Assembly (NCBI GenBank): GCA_965199955.1
Contig: CBDATQ010000001.1
Location: 512,001-576,000 of the forward strand
Source: Spirochaetia bacterium
GTDB lineage: Bacteria; Spirochaetota; Spirochaetia; SZUA-6; Bin103
Direction of reading: 5' to 3'
Length of the DNA stretch: 64,000 nucleotides
Positions 60,792 through 64,000 of this stretch are shown one piece after another (the first letter of the stretch is position 1; each line of letters starts with the position of its first letter). The notes beneath the pieces are model-generated. The model did no database searches. It saw only the letters and a list, made by a program, of their open reading frames with translations, and was not told where the DNA came from. Both the position numbers and the translations under genes were made by a program.

Positions 60792-61376
60792 ATGGACATC
60801 ACCTCACTGCAGCACGTCAACGTCAAGATAGCCGCGGCCGACGCCGCCGGCTTCGATCTCACCCGCGTCATCTCCGTGTTCCACCGCTGGATCCAGGACG
60901 GCGTCCTGACCGATGAGCTGGCCATCGACGTCGCCGACTACCGTCACGTGCCCGAGGGGCCCGGCGTCATCCTGGTCGCGCACGAGTCGATCTACGGACT
61001 GGACCTGAGGGACGGGTTCCTGGGCCTGCTCTACGACCGGCGCACGGCGGTGGAAGGGACGCCCCAGGAGCGGCTGCAACAGGCCGCGCGGGCGGCGCTG
61101 CACGCCTGCCGGCTGCTGGAGGAAGACCCCGCGCTGTCAGGCGACCTGAGCTTCGACGCCGGCCGCATCCAGGTGAGCGTCAACGATCGCGCGATCGCGC
61201 CGAATACGGACGAGACCGACCGGGCGCTGCGCCCGGAGGTGGAGCGGCTGCTCGAGTCGCTCTGGGGCGCCGGCGACCACGCGATCGAGCGGCTCGGCGA
61301 GCCGCGCGAGCGCTACCGCCTGGCCGCCTCGGCCGGCCGGCAGATCCCGGTCGCGGAGATCCTCAACCGGCTCTGA
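60792..61376 (+). CDS. hypothetical protein downstream of sulfite reductase
   Basis: FHRWIQ, IDVADYRHVPEGPGV, VNDR..APN; 18 nt after reductase stop. Confidence 0.75.
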   Translation: MDITSLQHVNVKIAAADAAGFDLTRVISVFHRWIQDGVLTDELAIDVADYRHVPEGPGVILVAHESIYGLDLRDGFLGLLYDRRTAVEGTPQERLQQAARAALHACRLLEEDPALSGDLSFDAGRIQVSVNDRAIAPNTDETDRALRPEVERLLESLWGAGDHAIERLGEPRERYRLAASAGRQIPVAEILNRL

Positions 61377-61582
61377 CGCGTCGGCGTTGGCTGCCCATGC
61401 ATGTTCGGCGATCTGCCTGCGTGCCCCGGGCAACCTGAGCCGCGATCTGGATCTCCAGGTAGTGCAGCAATCTCATCGAGAGCCTTCCCGGGAGAGCGCC
61501 ATTACGAGACCGATCTTCCCTGAACTCTGAAATCGAGCCGGGGCTGCCGGGCTGCAAGGGCGGCTCCGGAAGCTCCGGGTGG

Positions 61583-63529
61583 CTACTTGCGGCCGGCGAC
61601 CAGGTCGTCGACCACGTTCGGCTCGGCCAGGGTGGAGGTGTCGCCGAGCGCGGCCGGCGAGGTTTCCCCCTCCGCGATCTTGCGCAGGATGCGGCGCATG
61701 ATCTTGCCCGATCGGGTCTTGGGCAGCGACGGCGCGAACTGGATCTTGTCGGGCGAGGCGTGCGGCCCGATGTGGGCGCGCACCTCGCGGACGATCCCCT
61801 TCTCGACGTCCTCCGAAGGCTCCTCTCCGCTCATCAGCGTCACGTAGGCGTAGATTCCCTGGCCCTTGATGTCGTGCGGGTAGCCGACCACGGCCGCCTC
61901 CGCGACCGCCTCGTGCTGGCCGATCGCACCCTCCACCTCGGCCGTGCCGATGCGGTGGCCGGAGACGTTGAGCACGTCGTCGATGCGGCCGGTGATCCAG
62001 TAGTAGCCGTCCTCGTCGCGGCGCGCGCCGTCGCCGGTCATGTAGTAGCCGGGGAAGGTGTCGAAGTAGGTCTGCCGGAACCGTTCGTGGTCGCCGTAGA
62101 CGGTGCGCATGATGCCCGGCCACGCCGCGCGGATGCAGAGCGCCCCGGCGGCGGGATTGCCTTCGACTTCCTTGCCTTCCTGGTCGAGCAGCACCGGCTC
62201 GATGCCGAAGAACGGCAGCGTGGCGGATCCCGCCTTGAGCGGCGTCACCGCCGGCAGCGGCGTGATCAGGATGCCGCCGGTCTCCGTCTGCCACCAAGTG
62301 TCGACGATCGGGCAGCGTCCCTCGCCTACCACGTCGTGGTACCAGCGCCACTCCGGCTCCTTGATCGGCTCGCCGACCGTGCCCAGGAGTTGCACCGATG
62401 ACCGGTCGTACTTCTCCACCCACGTGTTGCCCTCCTTCATCAGGGCGCGCAGGGCGGTCGGTGCGGTGTAGAACTGCTTGACCCGGTGCTTCTCGCACAC
62501 CTGCCAGAAGCGGCCGTTGTCCGGATGGTTGGGCATCCCCTCGAACATGATCGTGGTCGCCCGGTTGGAGAGCGGGCCGTAGATGATGTAGGAGTGGCCG
62601 GTGATCCAGCCGATGTCGGCCGTGCACCAGTAGATGTCGCCCGGGTGGTAGTCGAAGATCATCTGGTGGGTGAACGAGGTGTAAACCAGGTAGCCGCCGG
62701 TGGTGTGCATCACGCCCTTGGGCTTGCCGGTCGACCCCGAGGTGTAGAGGATGAACAGCGGGTCCTCGGCGTCCATCTCCTCAGGCGAGCACTCGGCGGA
62801 GGCGCCGGCCATCTCCTCGTGCCACCAGACGTCCCGGCCGGCCGCCATCGGCACCTCGTCGCCGGTACGGCGCACCACGAACACGCGCTCGATCGACGGC
62901 GTCTCGGCGACGGCCGCGTCGGCGTTGGCCTTCATCGGCAGGCCGCTGCGCGGGCCGCGTACCGCAGTGTCCTGCGTGACCAGCGCCTTGCACTGCGAGT
63001 CGTTGATGCGGTCGCGCAGCGACTCGGCGGAGAAGGCGCCGAACACGATGGAGTGCACGGCGCCGATGCGCGCGCAGGCCAGCATCGCGATCGCCAGCTC
63101 CGGGACCATCTGCAGGTAGATGCAGACGCGGTCGCCCTTGCCGATGCCGTTGGCCTTGAGCACGTTGCCGAAGCGGCCCACCTCGGCCAGCAGCTCGCTG
63201 AACGTGTAGCGCCGGTCGTCACCCGGGTCGTTGCCTTCCCAGATGATCGCCGTCTGATCGCCGTGCCCGGCCTCCACGTGGCGGTCGAGGCAGTTGTAGC
63301 AGGCGTTGAGGGTGGCCCCTTCGAACCAGCGGATGTTGGCGTTGACGAAGTCGTACTGGCGGACGCTGTCCCAGCGGCGGATCCAGGTGATGCGGTCGGC
63401 TACCTCCGCCCAGAAGCTCTCCGGGTCCGCGATGGAGCGCCGGTAGCGGTTGCGGTACTCGTCGATCGACCGGATGTGCGCCCGGTCGATCGGGAAGCGG
63501 CTCTGCTCGGGAGGGTAGATCTTGGCCAT
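61583..63529 (-). CDS. acs: acetate--CoA ligase
   Basis: [49 protein letters not shown]. Confidence 0.96.
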   Translation of the reverse strand: MAKIYPPEQSRFPIDRAHIRSIDEYRNRYRRSIADPESFWAEVADRITWIRRWDSVRQYDFVNANIRWFEGATLNACYNCLDRHVEAGHGDQTAIIWEGNDPGDDRRYTFSELLAEVGRFGNVLKANGIGKGDRVCIYLQMVPELAIAMLACARIGAVHSIVFGAFSAESLRDRINDSQCKALVTQDTAVRGPRSGLPMKANADAAVAETPSIERVFVVRRTGDEVPMAAGRDVWWHEEMAGASAECSPEEMDAEDPLFILYTSGSTGKPKGVMHTTGGYLVYTSFTHQMIFDYHPGDIYWCTADIGWITGHSYIIYGPLSNRATTIMFEGMPNHPDNGRFWQVCEKHRVKQFYTAPTALRALMKEGNTWVEKYDRSSVQLLGTVGEPIKEPEWRWYHDVVGEGRCPIVDTWWQTETGGILITPLPAVTPLKAGSATLPFFGIEPVLLDQEGKEVEGNPAAGALCIRAAWPGIMRTVYGDHERFRQTYFDTFPGYYMTGDGARRDEDGYYWITGRIDDVLNVSGHRIGTAEVEGAIGQHEAVAEAAVVGYPHDIKGQGIYAYVTLMSGEEPSEDVEKGIVREVRAHIGPHASPDKIQFAPSLPKTRSGKIMRRILRKIAEGETSPAALGDTSTLAEPNVVDDLVAGRK

Positions 63530-63855
63530 GGGCGAAAGTATACCAAGGCGCGCACGGAACCGCGTCAAGGTCGGGCGTCCGTCCGGGCGATCCTCACGGA
63601 ACCCATCCGCGGGTATGATCGCGCGAGAGTTCGTGAGCGATTCACAGCCGCCGTTGGGCATGAAGCGCCGCGCCACGCAGGCGACGGTGCAGCGCCGCCA
63701 TGCCACGGTCGTCGACCTGCGGCAGCGGCTCGCGGGTGCGCCGGACGCGGGCGCACCGGACCTGGCGTCGTGGCCGTTGCTGGAGGCGCCGTTGCCGGAT
63801 CTGTCCGAGAGCTTCGAGAGCTGCTACGGGGGAGGCTGAGCGGCGGGGAAGCCGG

Positions 63856-63999
63856 TCATCCGGCCGGCTGATGCTCCTGCGGCCGCGGCGGCGGGTGGCG
63901 CTGCCCGGTGATCGTGATCCGGAACCGGTCGTCGGGGCTTGGCAGCGGATTCATCACGACGTGCAACTCTTGGTCCGGCGGATGCATCTCCACGTGGAA
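63856..63999 (-). CDS. 3' end of an unidentified gene running off the window
   Basis: open frame FHVEMHPPDQELHVVMNPLPSPDDRFRITITG..stop, GC3-rich. Confidence 0.45.
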   Translation of the reverse strand, partial: FHVEMHPPDQELHVVMNPLPSPDDRFRITITGQRHPPPRPQEHQPAG

Positions 64000-64000
64000 G

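Noticed and set aside
63660..63839. 59-aa plus-strand ORF divergent from acs
   Set aside because: No recognisable motif or clear RBS; cannot be distinguished from chance

Overview
High-GC bacterial DNA, densely coding, with no rRNA, tRNA or CRISPR array recognisable. The left ~37 kb is an accessory catabolic island. It holds two paralogous family-5 (Opp/Dpp-type) ABC importers and nine BNR/Asp-box or related beta-propeller genes in three sequence classes, one of them a fragment. It also holds two Gfo/Idh/MocA oxidoreductases, two glycoside-hydrolase-like TIM-barrel genes (one frameshifted at a G8 tract) and a PhyH dioxygenase. The same enzyme kit occurs twice in shuffled order (about 1-20.5 kb and 27-37 kb). 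Between the copies lie a deletion scar, a lower-GC ABC-ATPase + TOPRIM-like (DUF4276-type) pair that may be a defence system, a DrrAB exporter and an orphan Phd antitoxin. The right half is mixed metabolism: PQQ sugar dehydrogenase, YbaK, HtrA, LacD-like aldolase, glycerate kinase, NUDIX, AKR, M20 peptidase, MFS, 2-hydroxyacid dehydrogenase, flap endonuclease, YfiT, DUF4432, DUF3179, siroheme reductase and acs. It also encodes two eukaryote-like proteins (a spondin-N lipoprotein and a cereblon/CULT domain), a MurA homologue with altered PEP-binding motifs, and an internally deleted IS630 that decapitated an Ntn-hydrolase-like gene. All family calls come from motif recognition by eye; no database search was run. 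A host-associated lifestyle (for example marine invertebrate) is only a weak inference from gene content.
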